In this document: in pieces, positions 19,385 through 30,741 of the stretch
How positions within the stretch are numbered: position 1 is the first letter of the stretch
Layout of the letters: each line of letters opens with the position of its first letter
Assembly (NCBI GenBank): GCA_965215015.1
Contig: OZ244042.1
Coordinates: 1,312,001-1,376,000, forward strand
From: Candidatus Poribacteria bacterium
GTDB lineage: Bacteria; Poribacteria; WGA-4E; PCPOR2b
Length of the DNA stretch: 64,000 bases
Direction of reading: 5' to 3'
Program-made: the position numbers and the translations under genes
Notes under the pieces: model-generated
Databases searched by the model: none
Seen by the model: only the letters and a program-made list of their open reading frames with translations
Told to the model about the DNA's origin: nothing

Positions 19385-20686
19385 TTGAAGGTCGAAGTTG
19401 AAAGGTTGGGAAACAGTCAGGTACGTTTACGCGTTGAAATTTCCGCTGAAGAAGTCAACCAAGAGCTTGAACGTAACTGCCAAGCTTTGCGAACCAAGGT
19501 GTCAGCTCCCGGTTTTCGCAAAGGAAGAGTTCCCCTGAGTATCCTTAAATCACGATTTGCAGAGCACCTCAAAGCTGAAGCCATCCAAAATCTCGTTCCA
19601 CCTGCCTATGAACAGGCTTTGATTTCTGAACGGCTGATTCCCCTTGGCAACCTTGAGCTTTCGCCGCCCATGCACCAGATGAAACTTAAGGAGGGCGAGC
19701 CACTTGTTTTTGAAGCAACGCTTGATGTCAAGCCTGATTTTGTCATCCCAGAATACGAAGATTTAGTCATTGATAAATCACCTCCGAATGTTCCTCGTGA
19801 GGAAGTGGAGGAGTATATTCAGCGGTTGCAGGAACAGTTTGCTACCTACATTCCGCTTGAAGTGGACCGTCCAGTCGAAGAAAGCGACTCCGTGCGGATT
19901 GACTGGGAATGCCTTGTTGACGGGACACCAATCACTGATGGAAGTAAACAGGATGCGGATATCGATATTGGCACGGGGATGCTCCTGCCAGCAGTTGAGT
20001 CCGAGATAATTGGTATGCGTGCGGCTGAGAACCGGCAGGTTGAAATGGACTTCGATGGTGATCATGACAACCCTGAGCTTGCCGGCAAACATGCTGTATT
20101 TAACGTAACACTCCGAGCAATCACGGAGAAGCAGCTGCCACGCCTTGATGACGAATTTGCAAAAGATTTGGAATACGAAAATTATAATCAACTCCGGGGG
20201 GCGATTTGGAATAATCTTGTCGAGGAGCAGAAGGTGCTCCACAATCAGCGTCAGCGAGAAGAAATCCTTCAACAGCTAATCGAAAAAACGGCGATTGAAA
20301 TTCCTGAATCCATTGTTGATCAGCATGTGCAGCAAACGGTTCGAAACATTCTCCAACGATTAAGGCAAGAAGGACAAACCCCTGAACAGGCGGGAATAGA
20401 TATGGCAAGATTGCCGACGGAATTGCGCGAAGATGCAATCAAGCAAACGAAGCAGGCGTGGATGTTTGATGTCATCGCTGAACGTGAAAATATTAGGGTT
20501 ACGGACGATGAGTTGGATATAGAAATTCAGCGCATCGCCGAACAGCAAAATCGGGACCCTCAAAAGTATGCGAGCTTACTGAAGGAGAGCAATCGTTTGG
20601 AGGAGTTTCGAGACACGTTGCGGAACGATAAGGTCTACCGTCTTCTGATTCAGCGTGCTTCTGCCAAAAAATCTTTGATTATTTAA
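19385..20686 (+). CDS. tig: Trigger factor
   Basis: PGFRKGRVP ribosome-binding motif, LAGK, LDDEFAK; precedes clpP. Confidence 0.95.
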   Translation: MKVEVERLGNSQVRLRVEISAEEVNQELERNCQALRTKVSAPGFRKGRVPLSILKSRFAEHLKAEAIQNLVPPAYEQALISERLIPLGNLELSPPMHQMKLKEGEPLVFEATLDVKPDFVIPEYEDLVIDKSPPNVPREEVEEYIQRLQEQFATYIPLEVDRPVEESDSVRIDWECLVDGTPITDGSKQDADIDIGTGMLLPAVESEIIGMRAAENRQVEMDFDGDHDNPELAGKHAVFNVTLRAITEKQLPRLDDEFAKDLEYENYNQLRGAIWNNLVEEQKVLHNQRQREEILQQLIEKTAIEIPESIVDQHVQQTVRNILQRLRQEGQTPEQAGIDMARLPTELREDAIKQTKQAWMFDVIAERENIRVTDDELDIEIQRIAEQQNRDPQKYASLLKESNRLEEFRDTLRNDKVYRLLIQRASAKKSLII

Positions 20687-20735
20687 TTATAAGAGAAAAA
20701 CGCCTCCCATCAGGGGGTGAGGAGAATTTTTTAGG

Positions 20736-21347
20736 ATGAATCTTGTTCCAATTGTTGTGGAACAAACAAGTCGCGGCGAGCGCTCTTACGATATTTACTC
20801 GCGGCTGCTGAGGGATCGGATTATCATGGTTGGTTCGGTGATTGATGATAGTGTCGCGAACAGTGTCATGGCTCAGATGCTTTTTTTAGAGAGCGATAAT
20901 CCTGACGCGGATATCATGCTTTACTTAAACACGCTGGGCGGATCTGTACCAGCTGGGTTAGCAATCTATGACACGATGCAATATATCAGACCTGATGTGC
21001 AAACGTGGTGTGTCGGGCAAGCCTATAGTATGGGCGCGGTCTTGCTTGCTGGGGGCACAAGTGGCAAACGGTATGCCTTACCCCACTCTACCACCCTGAT
21101 TCATCAACCCATCACTAGGGGCATTAGCGGTCAGGCGTCTGATATTGATATCCATGCGAAAGAGATTCTTCGGACTCGCGAAGAGCTATATACCATCTTA
21201 GCTCGGCACACGGGACAATCGCCGAATAAAATTGAGGCAGATGCAGACCGCGATTTTTATATGACCGCCCAAGAGGCACTCGAATACGGTATTATTGATT
21301 CAGTCCCTTCCCGTCGGTCCGTCGAATCAGTTGAACGTGATGCCTAA
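20736..21347 (+). CDS. clpP: ATP-dependent Clp protease proteolytic subunit
   Basis: DIYSRLL, AYSMG, IHQP and DRDFYM motifs. Confidence 0.97.
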   Translation: MNLVPIVVEQTSRGERSYDIYSRLLRDRIIMVGSVIDDSVANSVMAQMLFLESDNPDADIMLYLNTLGGSVPAGLAIYDTMQYIRPDVQTWCVGQAYSMGAVLLAGGTSGKRYALPHSTTLIHQPITRGISGQASDIDIHAKEILRTREELYTILARHTGQSPNKIEADADRDFYMTAQEALEYGIIDSVPSRRSVESVERDA

Positions 21348-21500
21348 TGTGCATACCGTCAAACATTTTATAAATACAAAGGTTCTATCTTGGTTTTTAC
21401 GAATAGCTTCCGTTTCAAGAAACTGAACAAGTTGGGTGACAGGTGCCTTCTCAACGGGGTGTGATATTGTTGTCGTCATTGAACAAATTTGGAGACTTCC

Positions 21501-22772
21501 ATGCAGGATATTATTAATCAACAGCGGTGTTCCTTTTGCAATAAGGGCCAAGAAGAGGTACGCAAGCTCATTGCAAGCCCTATCGGAACTGGTGTTTACG
21601 TTTGTAATGAGTGTGTTGAATTATGTAATGACATTTTAACAGATCTGTATGAGACGGAAGAAGAGGAAGAATTTACCGCAGTTCCAGGTTCCCTATCCCC
21701 CCCGCTGCCTTCTGAAATTAAGGCACAGCTTGATAAATATGTAATTGGTCAGGATGAAGCAAAGAAAATTCTTTCCGTTGCTGTATACAATCACTACAAA
21801 AAACTACAATTCCATACAGACTCAAATGTTGAGTTAGAAAAAAGTAATATCCTGTTGATTGGTCCTACGGGAACGGGTAAAACCCTTCTGGCACAAACCT
21901 TAGCACGTATTTTAAATGTGCCTTTCGCTATCACCGACGCAACGACACTGACAGAAGCCGGATATGTGGGCGAAGATGTTGAAAATATCATCCTGAAGCT
22001 AGTACAAGCGGCAGAAGGCGATATCGCACGCGCAGAGCAAGGAATTATTTATATTGACGAAATCGACAAGATTAGCCGCAAATCCGAAAATCCATCGATT
22101 ACGAGAGATGTTTCAGGGGAAGGTGTTCAGCAAGCACTATTGAAAATCTTGGAAGGAAAGACAGCGAATGTTCCCCCTCAAGGAGGACGAAAACACCCCC
22201 ATCAAGAATTAATTGAAGTGAATACTTCAAAGGTCTTGTTTATATGTGGTGGTACCTTTGTTGGTCTGGATAAGATTATTGAACAACGTATTGGACACCA
22301 AGGGTTGGGATTCGGATCCTCAGTTCAAGCAAAGAGCGAAAGAAAGGTTCACGAAACCCTCTCACAGGCTGCTCCGAAGGATTTAATCCAGTACGGCTTC
22401 ATCCCGGAGTTTGTCGGACGCCTGCCTGTCACTGCGGTGCTGCATGACCTTGACGAATCCGCCTTGATCCAAATTTTAACCGAACCCCAAAATGCTCTGA
22501 TAAAACAGTATACCGAGCTGCTTCGTTACGATAAAGTAGCGTTGCATGTCGCGGACGACGCAATCAGAGCTATCGCTCAGGAAGCCATAAGGCGTGAAAC
22601 GGGCGCCAGGGGGCTAAGGGCAATCTTGGAAAGCCTGATGTTAGATATTATGTATGAAATTCCATCTTCCCCCAAACTAGTCAAAGAATGTATCATTACT
22701 GCAGAAGCTATTTTGAAAAATGAACCGCCTTTATTGGTTTATGAAGATGAACAAGAGGCTTTAACTGCCTAG
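21501..22772 (+). CDS. clpX: ATP-dependent Clp protease ATP-binding subunit
   Basis: C4 zinc finger, [28 protein letters not shown]. Confidence 0.97.
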   Translation: MQDIINQQRCSFCNKGQEEVRKLIASPIGTGVYVCNECVELCNDILTDLYETEEEEEFTAVPGSLSPPLPSEIKAQLDKYVIGQDEAKKILSVAVYNHYKKLQFHTDSNVELEKSNILLIGPTGTGKTLLAQTLARILNVPFAITDATTLTEAGYVGEDVENIILKLVQAAEGDIARAEQGIIYIDEIDKISRKSENPSITRDVSGEGVQQALLKILEGKTANVPPQGGRKHPHQELIEVNTSKVLFICGGTFVGLDKIIEQRIGHQGLGFGSSVQAKSERKVHETLSQAAPKDLIQYGFIPEFVGRLPVTAVLHDLDESALIQILTEPQNALIKQYTELLRYDKVALHVADDAIRAIAQEAIRRETGARGLRAILESLMLDIMYEIPSSPKLVKECIITAEAILKNEPPLLVYEDEQEALTA

Positions 22773-22833
22773 CAAATTAACGAATGGGTGAATTACGTAT
22801 CACGTACTACGTTTTACATTCAAGGAGTTCATT

Positions 22834-25293
22834 ATGAGCCAAGATTCGAGCACAGACCTTCAAGCTGATGAGGTTGTTATACTTCCAGTGATTCCGACCC
22901 CTGGGAAGGTCTTCTTTCCCCGCACAAGCACCCCTTTAAATGTCATTCGCAAAATGGGAGTCCGGGCGACAAAATATGCTGTACAGACAAATCAAGACGT
23001 ACTGTTGCTCAATCAAAAAGACAAAGATGAGGAAAACCCGGGGCCCGAGGGCTTTTATCGTGTCGGTACAGCTACAAGCATTGCAGATTCTTATGATCCG
23101 CGCGATGGAAGCATTCGGATTGCAATTGAAGGATATAGCCGTGCAATCGTGCTACGCTGCTTTGAAACGGACGGTTTCCTGAAAGCAGAGGTTAAAATTG
23201 TCCACGAGGAGTTAGATCAATCAAAGCAAGCAACGTCATTGAGGAAAACAGCGGTTGAGGCCTTTGAAGAATATGTCAAGGGGAATCGTCAAACACCTGA
23301 AGAGGCTCTAATGGTTGTCCAAAAAGAGGTTGAGCCGGGGCATCTTGCGGACTCAATTGCCGGCTTCACCAACATGGACGCGGAGAGATTACAAGGCGTA
23401 TTAGACGAGATTAACCCGATTAAACGGCTTCAGATTGTTATTGACCTGCTTCGGGAAGACTTGGAGCTTTTCAAGCTGGACGATAAAATCAATACGCAGG
23501 TGCGTAAGTCTGTTGAGCGGACTCATAGGGAATTTTATCTTCAGGAAAAGATGAAAGCCATCCAGAAGGAGCTGGGTCGAGGAGATGAACAGGGGGACAT
23601 TGATGAGCTGCGGGAGCAGATTGAGACGGCAGGTATGACCGAGGAAGCGCAAGAAAAAGCTTTGAAAGAGCTTGACCGACTGCAACAGATGCCGCCGATG
23701 TCTGCAGAATCGGGTGTCATCCGCACCTATATCGACTGGCTCCTCGCCTTACCTTGGGATAAACAGACGGAGAGCGAAATTGACTTAGAAGGAGCGGAGA
23801 AAATACTAGACGATGACCACTATGGCCTTGAGAAACCGAAAGAACGAATCCTTGAGTATCTTGCCGTGCTGCAATTGGTCAAGAAACTCAAGGGGCCCAT
23901 TCTCTGTTTCGTCGGTCCCCCCGGCGTCGGAAAAACCTCATTGGGTCAGTCAATTGCCAGAGCAACCGGGCGGAACTTCGTCCGCATGTCTTTGGGAGGT
24001 GTTCGGGACGAAGCCGAAATCCGTGGGCATCGCCGGACCTACATCGGATCTTTGCCGGGCAGAATTATTCAAGGGCTTCGGGATGCAAAATCGAGGAACC
24101 CGCTTTTCCTCCTGGACGAAATTGACAAGATGAGTATGGACTTTCGGGGCGATCCGGCATCGGCACTGCTTGAAGTGCTTGACCCGGAGCAGAATGGAAC
24201 TTTTCGGGACCATTACTTGGATGTAGCGTTCGATCTCTCGGAGATTATGTTTATAACCACTGCAAATACACGGGAGCCAATTCCGCCCGCTCTGGAAGAC
24301 CGCATGGAGATTATCGAACTCCCCGGTTACACGGAATATGAGAAGCACAAAATCGCCAACCTATTCTTGATTCCCAAGCAAATTGAAGCCCACGGACTCA
24401 AGGAGGAGGGCCTCAAATTATCGGACGATGTAATTTTTGACATCATTCACAGGTATACCCGTGAAGCGGGGGTCCGAAACCTAGAACGCGAAATTACGAG
24501 TATCTGTCGCAAAGTTGCTAGAGAAGTTGTAAAAGGCGGCAAGACAGAGGTGGAAATTGAGGTTGGTGTTGAAAATTTAACAGAATATCTCGGTCCTCCG
24601 AAATTTGCACAGGGAAAAGGGGAAAAACAGGATGAGGTCGGTGTCGCGACGGGGTTGGTTGTTTCACAGGCCGGTGGAGATGTTGTTCCAATTGAAGTCG
24701 CTACAATGGTTGGGGAGGGCAAGCTAAATATGACAGGCAGACTTCAGGAAATTATGCGCGAATCTGTTCAGACGGCACTCGGTTACATTCGTTCTCAAGC
24801 GGAATCTCTTGAGGTGCCGCCTGATTTTGAGTTCAATAAACACGATATCCACATCCATGTGCCTGAGGGTGCGATTCCCGTGGAGGGTCCATCGGCAGGC
24901 ATTACGCTTGCCACTGCGATGATTTCTGCGATGACAGGACATCGGGTCCGTAAGGATTTCGCGATGACCGGTGAGATCACCTTGCGTGGGCATGTCCTTC
25001 CGATTGGCGGGTTGAAAGAGAAGGTGCTCGCAGCACACCGCAATAGCATCAAGAACGTTATTATCCCCGAAGAGAACGATAAGGATATTCCCGATATTCC
25101 TGAAGAGATTCGAGATGCCCTGCATTTTCACAAGGTCACTGATATGAGTGAAGTGCTCGCTCTCACTCTGAAGAAATCCGATTCGTCTAATGATGTTACT
25201 CAAGAGGGTGATGATATAACTGAAGTATTGGATTTACCTCTGGGGACCCCCGATGCGCCTCGACAAATTCCTACAGGTGAGCCGCCTCATTAA
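22834..25293 (+). CDS. lon: Lon protease
   Basis: GPPGVGKT, RGHRRTYIG, GPSAG and GGLKEK motifs. Confidence 0.97.
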   Translation: MSQDSSTDLQADEVVILPVIPTPGKVFFPRTSTPLNVIRKMGVRATKYAVQTNQDVLLLNQKDKDEENPGPEGFYRVGTATSIADSYDPRDGSIRIAIEGYSRAIVLRCFETDGFLKAEVKIVHEELDQSKQATSLRKTAVEAFEEYVKGNRQTPEEALMVVQKEVEPGHLADSIAGFTNMDAERLQGVLDEINPIKRLQIVIDLLREDLELFKLDDKINTQVRKSVERTHREFYLQEKMKAIQKELGRGDEQGDIDELREQIETAGMTEEAQEKALKELDRLQQMPPMSAESGVIRTYIDWLLALPWDKQTESEIDLEGAEKILDDDHYGLEKPKERILEYLAVLQLVKKLKGPILCFVGPPGVGKTSLGQSIARATGRNFVRMSLGGVRDEAEIRGHRRTYIGSLPGRIIQGLRDAKSRNPLFLLDEIDKMSMDFRGDPASALLEVLDPEQNGTFRDHYLDVAFDLSEIMFITTANTREPIPPALEDRMEIIELPGYTEYEKHKIANLFLIPKQIEAHGLKEEGLKLSDDVIFDIIHRYTREAGVRNLEREITSICRKVAREVVKGGKTEVEIEVGVENLTEYLGPPKFAQGKGEKQDEVGVATGLVVSQAGGDVVPIEVATMVGEGKLNMTGRLQEIMRESVQTALGYIRSQAESLEVPPDFEFNKHDIHIHVPEGAIPVEGPSAGITLATAMISAMTGHRVRKDFAMTGEITLRGHVLPIGGLKEKVLAAHRNSIKNVIIPEENDKDIPDIPEEIRDALHFHKVTDMSEVLALTLKKSDSSNDVTQEGDDITEVLDLPLGTPDAPRQIPTGEPPH

Positions 25294-25519
25294 GCGGCGC
25301 ACTGTTGCCAACTCGATTTGTAGCCGTGGGCGGGTGCTGGTCAATGGACACTCAGCGAAGGCTGGCAAAGAACTGTCTGTTGGTGATATATTATCTATTG
25401 ACTTTGGGGAAGAAGAGCCTGCCGTGTATGAAGTGCTGGAGGTTCCTTCTGGCAATGTTCCGAGAGGGAGAGCCTCAACCCTCTACCGGCGAATCAATGA
25501 ATCGGAAGATAGTGAGTAA
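25253..25519 (+). CDS. S4-domain RNA-binding protein (YabO/Hsp15-like)
   Basis: MRLDKFL.VSRLIKRRTVA. Confidence 0.9.
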   Translation: MRLDKFLQVSRLIKRRTVANSICSRGRVLVNGHSAKAGKELSVGDILSIDFGEEEPAVYEVLEVPSGNVPRGRASTLYRRINESEDSE

Positions 25520-25525
25520 ATTCTC

Positions 25526-25559
25526 AGACCTCGGTCGAAGATCGAGGTCTATTTTTTTT
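25526..25559 (+). terminator. Intrinsic terminator
   Basis: AGACCTCGGTC-GAA-GATCGAGGTCT followed by a T tract. Confidence 0.8.
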
Positions 25560-25602
25560 CCGTACATAGGAATAGACCGGAACCCTAGGAAAGGATATTG
25601 AT

Positions 25603-27006
25603 ATGGGCGATACCGATATACATGATTACGACCTTATTTGTATTGGCAGCGGCAGCGGCGGGTTTTCAGCAGCGACGGCCGCGAAAACCGAAGGGTTGAA
25701 GAACATTCTTTTGATTGAGAAACGTCGCATCGGATACAGCTTATGTACAAACGAGGGCTGCATGCCCTCCAAAACCTTGCTCGCCTCCGCAAGCGTGAAG
25801 CGTACCTTTGAAGAGAGTCCCAATTTCGGTATCATAGCCAGCAACCTACAGGTCAATTGGTCAACCGTGCAGAAACGCGTCCGAACTTTGGTGGAAAATG
25901 ATTTTTTTGCTGCACGCAGGGAGGCGATCCTCAACGCATCGGTCAATATCGTAGAGGGTAGCGCAAGTTTCACTGATCCGCATACCATTCAGGTTGGAGA
26001 TAACCGTTACGCAGGAGAGAAAATCGTTATTGCCACCGGATCTATGGTTGACGTACCCCCCTTGCATGGGTTAAGAGAGACGGGATACATCACCAGCGAT
26101 GAGGCACTCTATTTGGAGCATCTACCCAGCTCTTTGATTGTCATCGGAAGCGGGTATATCGCTCTGGAGCTGGGATACCTGTTCCACATGGTAGGAGTCG
26201 AAGTTACGATGTTGGTCCGCAGTCCGCGGGTTCTAAGACGCCTTGACCCGGATATCGGCTTTGAATTACAAGACCTACTCAGGAGAGATGGGATGAATAT
26301 CCTGACCGAGACTCAGCTGAAATCACTCACACGCACAGATAAGGGGAAAGAGGTACGCTTCGTGCAGAACGGTGAAGAGAGGGCGGTCAGTGCAGAAGAG
26401 ATTATGGTAAATACGGGCCGCCGCCCCGCGATAGATGGTTTGAATTTGGAAAAAACTGGCTTGCTTCTCGATAAAAAAGGTGGGATTCAGGTCAATGACT
26501 ACATGCAGACCAATGTGCCACACATCTATGCGGTTGGGGATGTCACCGGCAAAGCAGGGTTGGTTTATGCCGCTACCATGGAAGGAAAGATTGCTGGCTT
26601 ACATGCGGCCGGCAAACGCGGCGTCAAAATGAACTACAACTTGGTCTCAAACATCATTTTCTCTCACCCAGAGATTGGCACTGTGGGGATGACCGAAGCG
26701 GAGGCAAAGACGCAGGGATTGGACGTCGTCACTGTGAAAACGCCGATGGAGGATATTGGCAAAGCGGTGGCGATTGGCGAAATAGATGGCTTCGTAAAGA
26801 TGATTGCCGAGCGACCTTCAGGGCGCATCGTGGGGTTACATATTCTCGGCCCCCATGCAACCGATATTATGCAGATTGCGCTGCCACACCTCTATCACAA
26901 CGACACAGTTTTTGATGTTCTAAATATCCCTTATCCGCATCCAACCCTTGGGGAAGCACTCAGTTACCCTGCGGAGGACATAGCGGATGAGCTGAACGCC
27001 GCCTAA
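25603..27006 (+). CDS. Class I pyridine nucleotide-disulfide oxidoreductase (dihydrolipoamide dehydrogenase-like)
   Basis: GSGSGG, CTNEGCMPSK, GSGYIALE, YAVGD and HPTLGE motifs. Confidence 0.9.
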   Translation: MGDTDIHDYDLICIGSGSGGFSAATAAKTEGLKNILLIEKRRIGYSLCTNEGCMPSKTLLASASVKRTFEESPNFGIIASNLQVNWSTVQKRVRTLVENDFFAARREAILNASVNIVEGSASFTDPHTIQVGDNRYAGEKIVIATGSMVDVPPLHGLRETGYITSDEALYLEHLPSSLIVIGSGYIALELGYLFHMVGVEVTMLVRSPRVLRRLDPDIGFELQDLLRRDGMNILTETQLKSLTRTDKGKEVRFVQNGEERAVSAEEIMVNTGRRPAIDGLNLEKTGLLLDKKGGIQVNDYMQTNVPHIYAVGDVTGKAGLVYAATMEGKIAGLHAAGKRGVKMNYNLVSNIIFSHPEIGTVGMTEAEAKTQGLDVVTVKTPMEDIGKAVAIGEIDGFVKMIAERPSGRIVGLHILGPHATDIMQIALPHLYHNDTVFDVLNIPYPHPTLGEALSYPAEDIADELNAA

Positions 27007-27020
27007 GATACTGAAGATCA

Positions 27021-28040
27021 CTAGCCAGATAGCTGTACAAAAAGCACCCACATCGGGTTATTCCCAACCGTGTACGTTTCCAAAGGTTGGAGTTGACCGC
27101 TCTGTGCATTAATCCGGTAGGTAGCGAGTCTCCCCGATCCCTGACCGCCGGCAAACAGAAAATTCCCCGTCAAATCAACGTTGAACGCTCTTGGGGTTGG
27201 CTCTGTTGACCGTTGCCCGATTGTGGTGAGTGCTCCTGTCACATCATCGGTTGAGAATCCGGCAATACTATCATGTCCCCGGTTTGAAACGTACAGGAAT
27301 TTTCCGTTGGGCGTGATGTGAATCTGTGCACAGGAATTTTCTCCGTCAAAATCATCCGGGAGCGTCGAAACCGTCTGAAAAGCGGACAGAGTTCCCGCTG
27401 ACGCATCAAAATTGTAGGCGGTCACGCTGCATCCTTGTTCGTTTGAAAAATAGAGAACATTTTTGTTTGGATGAAAAACGAAGTGACGGGGGCCCTCCCC
27501 TTCCCCAGCAGCAAGCACAGGGACGGAGGCATTGGGGGTCAGGGCGCCGGTATTTTCATCAAATTGGAATTGAAAAATAACATTGGATTCACCAACGTGT
27601 GGGAGAAAAGCGAACTTATTGGATGCATCGGTCATGATGCAATGTGCTTTGTTCGCTGTCGGGCACCATTCGATGGCAGGGCCGCCCACAACTCCGTCCT
27701 CGCCGATAGGATGTACCGACGTCGCTCCGGCACCGTAGTAGGCGGAGAGTAGGAAGTTACCTTTTCCATCTGTGGAGATATAGCAGGGATCTGCCTCAAG
27801 CGATGCTGATCCTATGGGCGACAGGTCGCCTGTGCTTGAATCGATGCTGAAACTTGCGATTTCCCGCGTAGAACGGAGACCTGCGTAAAGGAATTTGCTC
27901 TCAGGATCGATTGCCAATGGTCCAGGAGCACCGCCAACCGCTACATCACGCTGAAACGTGAGCTTCCCTGTTTCCTGATTCAAGGTAAAGGTCGAAATTT
28001 TATTCTCGCCTGCAATCGGAATGTAAACATAGTATGCCAT
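27021..28040 (-). CDS. pgl: Lactonase family beta-propeller (6-phosphogluconolactonase-like)
   Basis: AHC, GPRHFVFHP, SNRGHDSI and PRAF motifs. Confidence 0.85.
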   Translation of the reverse strand: MAYYVYIPIAGENKISTFTLNQETGKLTFQRDVAVGGAPGPLAIDPESKFLYAGLRSTREIASFSIDSSTGDLSPIGSASLEADPCYISTDGKGNFLLSAYYGAGATSVHPIGEDGVVGGPAIEWCPTANKAHCIMTDASNKFAFLPHVGESNVIFQFQFDENTGALTPNASVPVLAAGEGEGPRHFVFHPNKNVLYFSNEQGCSVTAYNFDASAGTLSAFQTVSTLPDDFDGENSCAQIHITPNGKFLYVSNRGHDSIAGFSTDDVTGALTTIGQRSTEPTPRAFNVDLTGNFLFAGGQGSGRLATYRINAQSGQLQPLETYTVGNNPMWVLFVQLSG

Positions 28041-28152
28041 TTCTATTTCCTTATCTAAAATATTTGTAATTCAAAACTCAGGTAAAATCATGGGTTAAAC
28101 TACTGTAAGCCCACGGTCTCCACTTCTTTCGCGAAAATTGCTACTCACTCAA

Positions 28153-28719
28153 TTAGTGACCATGGTGCTCCTTTAAGCTATATGCTTTTCGGACGAGCTC
28201 CGGATCCTTGGCAAACCGCTTTGTTGCATCAATCAGATGATCAATGTGGGTGTGCATTTCCTTCTCAATTCGGGAGATCCGGTCAAGCAAGTAGGGCTCT
28301 TTACTTTGATAGACCGCCTTTCTGATAATTGAAAGGAGATACATGTAGACCGTGTCCGCTTCGCTTCCCTCAATCTCAATGGCAATTTCAAATCCCTCTT
28401 GAAGCGTAACCTGTTCTGAAGCAACTTGTCCTTCATATTTGTCTAGGGCTTGCATAATCTGCTGGATAGATACAGGCGGCATTTCTGTAGCTGGTGTGTC
28501 CAGTCCAAAACTTCGGGCACACAGCGACCTTCCAAAATCAACGAGGATATAGTGTTGCCATTCCTCTGTGCTCATCTGCTCCCAAAATCGAGCGACCCGC
28601 TCATCAACATTCCCCAGCAGAAGGGACAGCATTGCGTATAATTTTGCATGTCTTAGTTCAATATTTTGACATGAATTGAATACCTCTGCTAAAGTCACGG
28701 GAGGTTTATCCTTTCTCAT
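28153..28719 (-). CDS. Ferritin/rubrerythrin-like protein
   Basis: IE....LY, EEWQH, EIE.SE and EMHTH carboxylate/His pattern. Confidence 0.6.
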   Translation of the reverse strand: MRKDKPPVTLAEVFNSCQNIELRHAKLYAMLSLLLGNVDERVARFWEQMSTEEWQHYILVDFGRSLCARSFGLDTPATEMPPVSIQQIMQALDKYEGQVASEQVTLQEGFEIAIEIEGSEADTVYMYLLSIIRKAVYQSKEPYLLDRISRIEKEMHTHIDHLIDATKRFAKDPELVRKAYSLKEHHGH

Positions 28720-28915
28720 AAATTTGATGGAATCTACTAAACAAAAGTATAGCAGAATGTTGACGATGAATCAAATAAAAAGTACAATGAGGCCCCCATA
28801 CTCGGTCGAGGTTGCTAAATTCCGAGCACCGTTGGATTTGACAATCCAACGAAAGGGTTGGGAGTTTCTATACAATCAGTACAGACCTGACCTTCAAGGC
28901 AGATAGGCAATACAG

Positions 28916-29670
28916 ATGTGTTCTAGTAATCAGGTGTAGTTAATTTTTTATCTTGCCTGTGTTTGGGGGCAGGTGTGTGGTTGTGGGCAGGTGTGTGGTT
29001 GTGCCGATAGCCCGACACGATCACCGCACTCACGGACTGCTCAGACAAATGCCGAAGCAGAACCGCAGATAACCCCTTTGGAATTAGGAATGGTGCTCAG
29101 CCCTGCCGGCGAGTTCTTAATGGGAAGCGAGAATGGTGAAAAAGATGAACAGCCGGTTCACAGAGTCTTTCTCGATGCCTATGAGATAGATCTGCATATA
29201 GTGACAAATGAGCAGTATGCAAGATTTATGAAGGCAACTGACCATCCGCCTCCACCCCATTGGAACGACCGGAGATTCAAAAAACCTCGACAACTGTCGT
29301 TGATGTCAGTTGGTTCGATCCTGTTGCTTATTGTGAATGGGATAGTAAACGGTTGCCCACAGAAGCGGAGTGGGAAAAAGCCGCAAGGGGCGGTCTCATC
29401 CAAAAAGAGTATCCTTGGGGCGATGAATCTCCGAAAGGGCGCGCGGACTTTGGTCAAAAGCACAGCGTACCATTGCCGGTAGGCAGCTTTCCACCGAATA
29501 GATTCGGCGTGTACGATTGTGCAGGCAGCGTGTGGGAGTGGTGCCACGATTGGTACGAACCCGATTATTACGCGGTTAACCCGATACGAAATCCGACTGG
29601 CGTTGAAACAGGTGGGGCGCGTGTGCTGCGTGGTGGTGCCTGGAACAACAAGCGCAGCCAAATTCGTTGA
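28916..29670 (+). pseudogene. Formylglycine-generating enzyme (FGE-sulfatase) family pseudogene
   Basis: GEFLMGS..EQPVH, a frameshift near 29294, then RLPTEAEWEKAARGG, GSVWEWC, RGGAW. In-frame TAG at 28937, 18-bp duplication 28967-29002, C-terminus missing. Confidence 0.85.
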
Positions 29671-29698
29671 GTCCGAAATCAATCTGAGCTGTAGGTTC

Positions 29699-30649
29699 TT
29701 ACCTCAACGCTGGCAAATTATCCCAATTGCACTCAAGGCAGAAATAGCTCTCTCCACCGATTCGCTGAACCTCCCCATCACATTCTGGACAGTTTGTTAT
29801 TGTAAACGGCGACTCCTCTTGGAAGTGTTGCTGATGATGGGGGGGACCGTCGATTTCTACGCCGACGCTATTCCGGACAGTGTCAATAACGTCTTGAGGT
29901 TGAAGTGCTAACGGCGGAGGTGTACTGCCGGCAAGATCAATAAAATCACTATGATAGACGTTGATTTCATTGGCTGCATTAACCTGACGGAGAAAAATTG
30001 TATACTTGTTTGGCGCGATTAGGTAAGCCTCCGTGTCTAAGAGTTGAGTCCCTACCCCCACAATGAGATCGTATCCGCTAAAGTTGATGAGGCGTCGACT
30101 GTATCGGCTGCCCCTATTATGAACCTCAAACAGTTCGCGCACCCGTCTGGAAGATAAAAGGAGACAATATTGACGATGTAGATAGCGGTTTAAGCGGGCT
30201 GTCGGCAAAAAGACGTCAGGTTCAGCGGCACCTCTCAAAAACCTGATAAACATCTTGTAAGCATCGTTGGGGACTTCATTGAGAATTTGCCGCGTTAGGT
30301 TACGACGGGTACTGTCTCTGAGCGCATACAGGTGGTGAATCTCCCACGAACGGAGCAGAAACCCAACCTCAACATCGAGTTCTTCAGGCTGCTCGGGTGG
30401 CGTAATTCGACAGAGGTGCATCATCGCTTGATCTGTTGTTTTGATAGTAAATGGGAGCATGTTCATCGGATCAATCACTTCCGCATTGAAACAATGTCTG
30501 ATAGCAACCTCAATTAGTTTACCACAGGTGCTAAGGCGTGTCCAGCAAAAAGGTTTACGCTCGGAAGTTACCCCTTTGTTTATGTCAATTCTACTAACTG
30601 ATATTGAATAATTCGCTCTCCCAAGGAAAGTAGGTTTTTGAGTTGTCAA
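29699..30649 (-). CDS. Hypothetical protein with C-terminal zinc ribbon
   Basis: Long ORF; CPECDG...CLECNW; true start may be near 30466. Confidence 0.6.
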   Translation of the reverse strand: MTTQKPTFLGRANYSISVSRIDINKGVTSERKPFCWTRLSTCGKLIEVAIRHCFNAEVIDPMNMLPFTIKTTDQAMMHLCRITPPEQPEELDVEVGFLLRSWEIHHLYALRDSTRRNLTRQILNEVPNDAYKMFIRFLRGAAEPDVFLPTARLNRYLHRQYCLLLSSRRVRELFEVHNRGSRYSRRLINFSGYDLIVGVGTQLLDTEAYLIAPNKYTIFLRQVNAANEINVYHSDFIDLAGSTPPPLALQPQDVIDTVRNSVGVEIDGPPHHQQHFQEESPFTITNCPECDGEVQRIGGESYFCLECNWDNLPALR

Positions 30650-30741
30650 TAAAGTGGAGATCGGTTATACTTACCTTCTAACGATGCAACTTTGATTGCG
30701 ACCTACAGTGAGTAACGCGATTCCACTCGACAAAAACCTTT

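Noticed and set aside
25603-27006. Mercuric reductase MerA
   Set aside because: No N-terminal HMA domain, no C-terminal Cys-Cys pair and no mer genes
29668-29670. TGA as selenocysteine in the FGE gene
   Set aside because: Gene has other inactivating lesions and the downstream frame lacks the expected GFR motif
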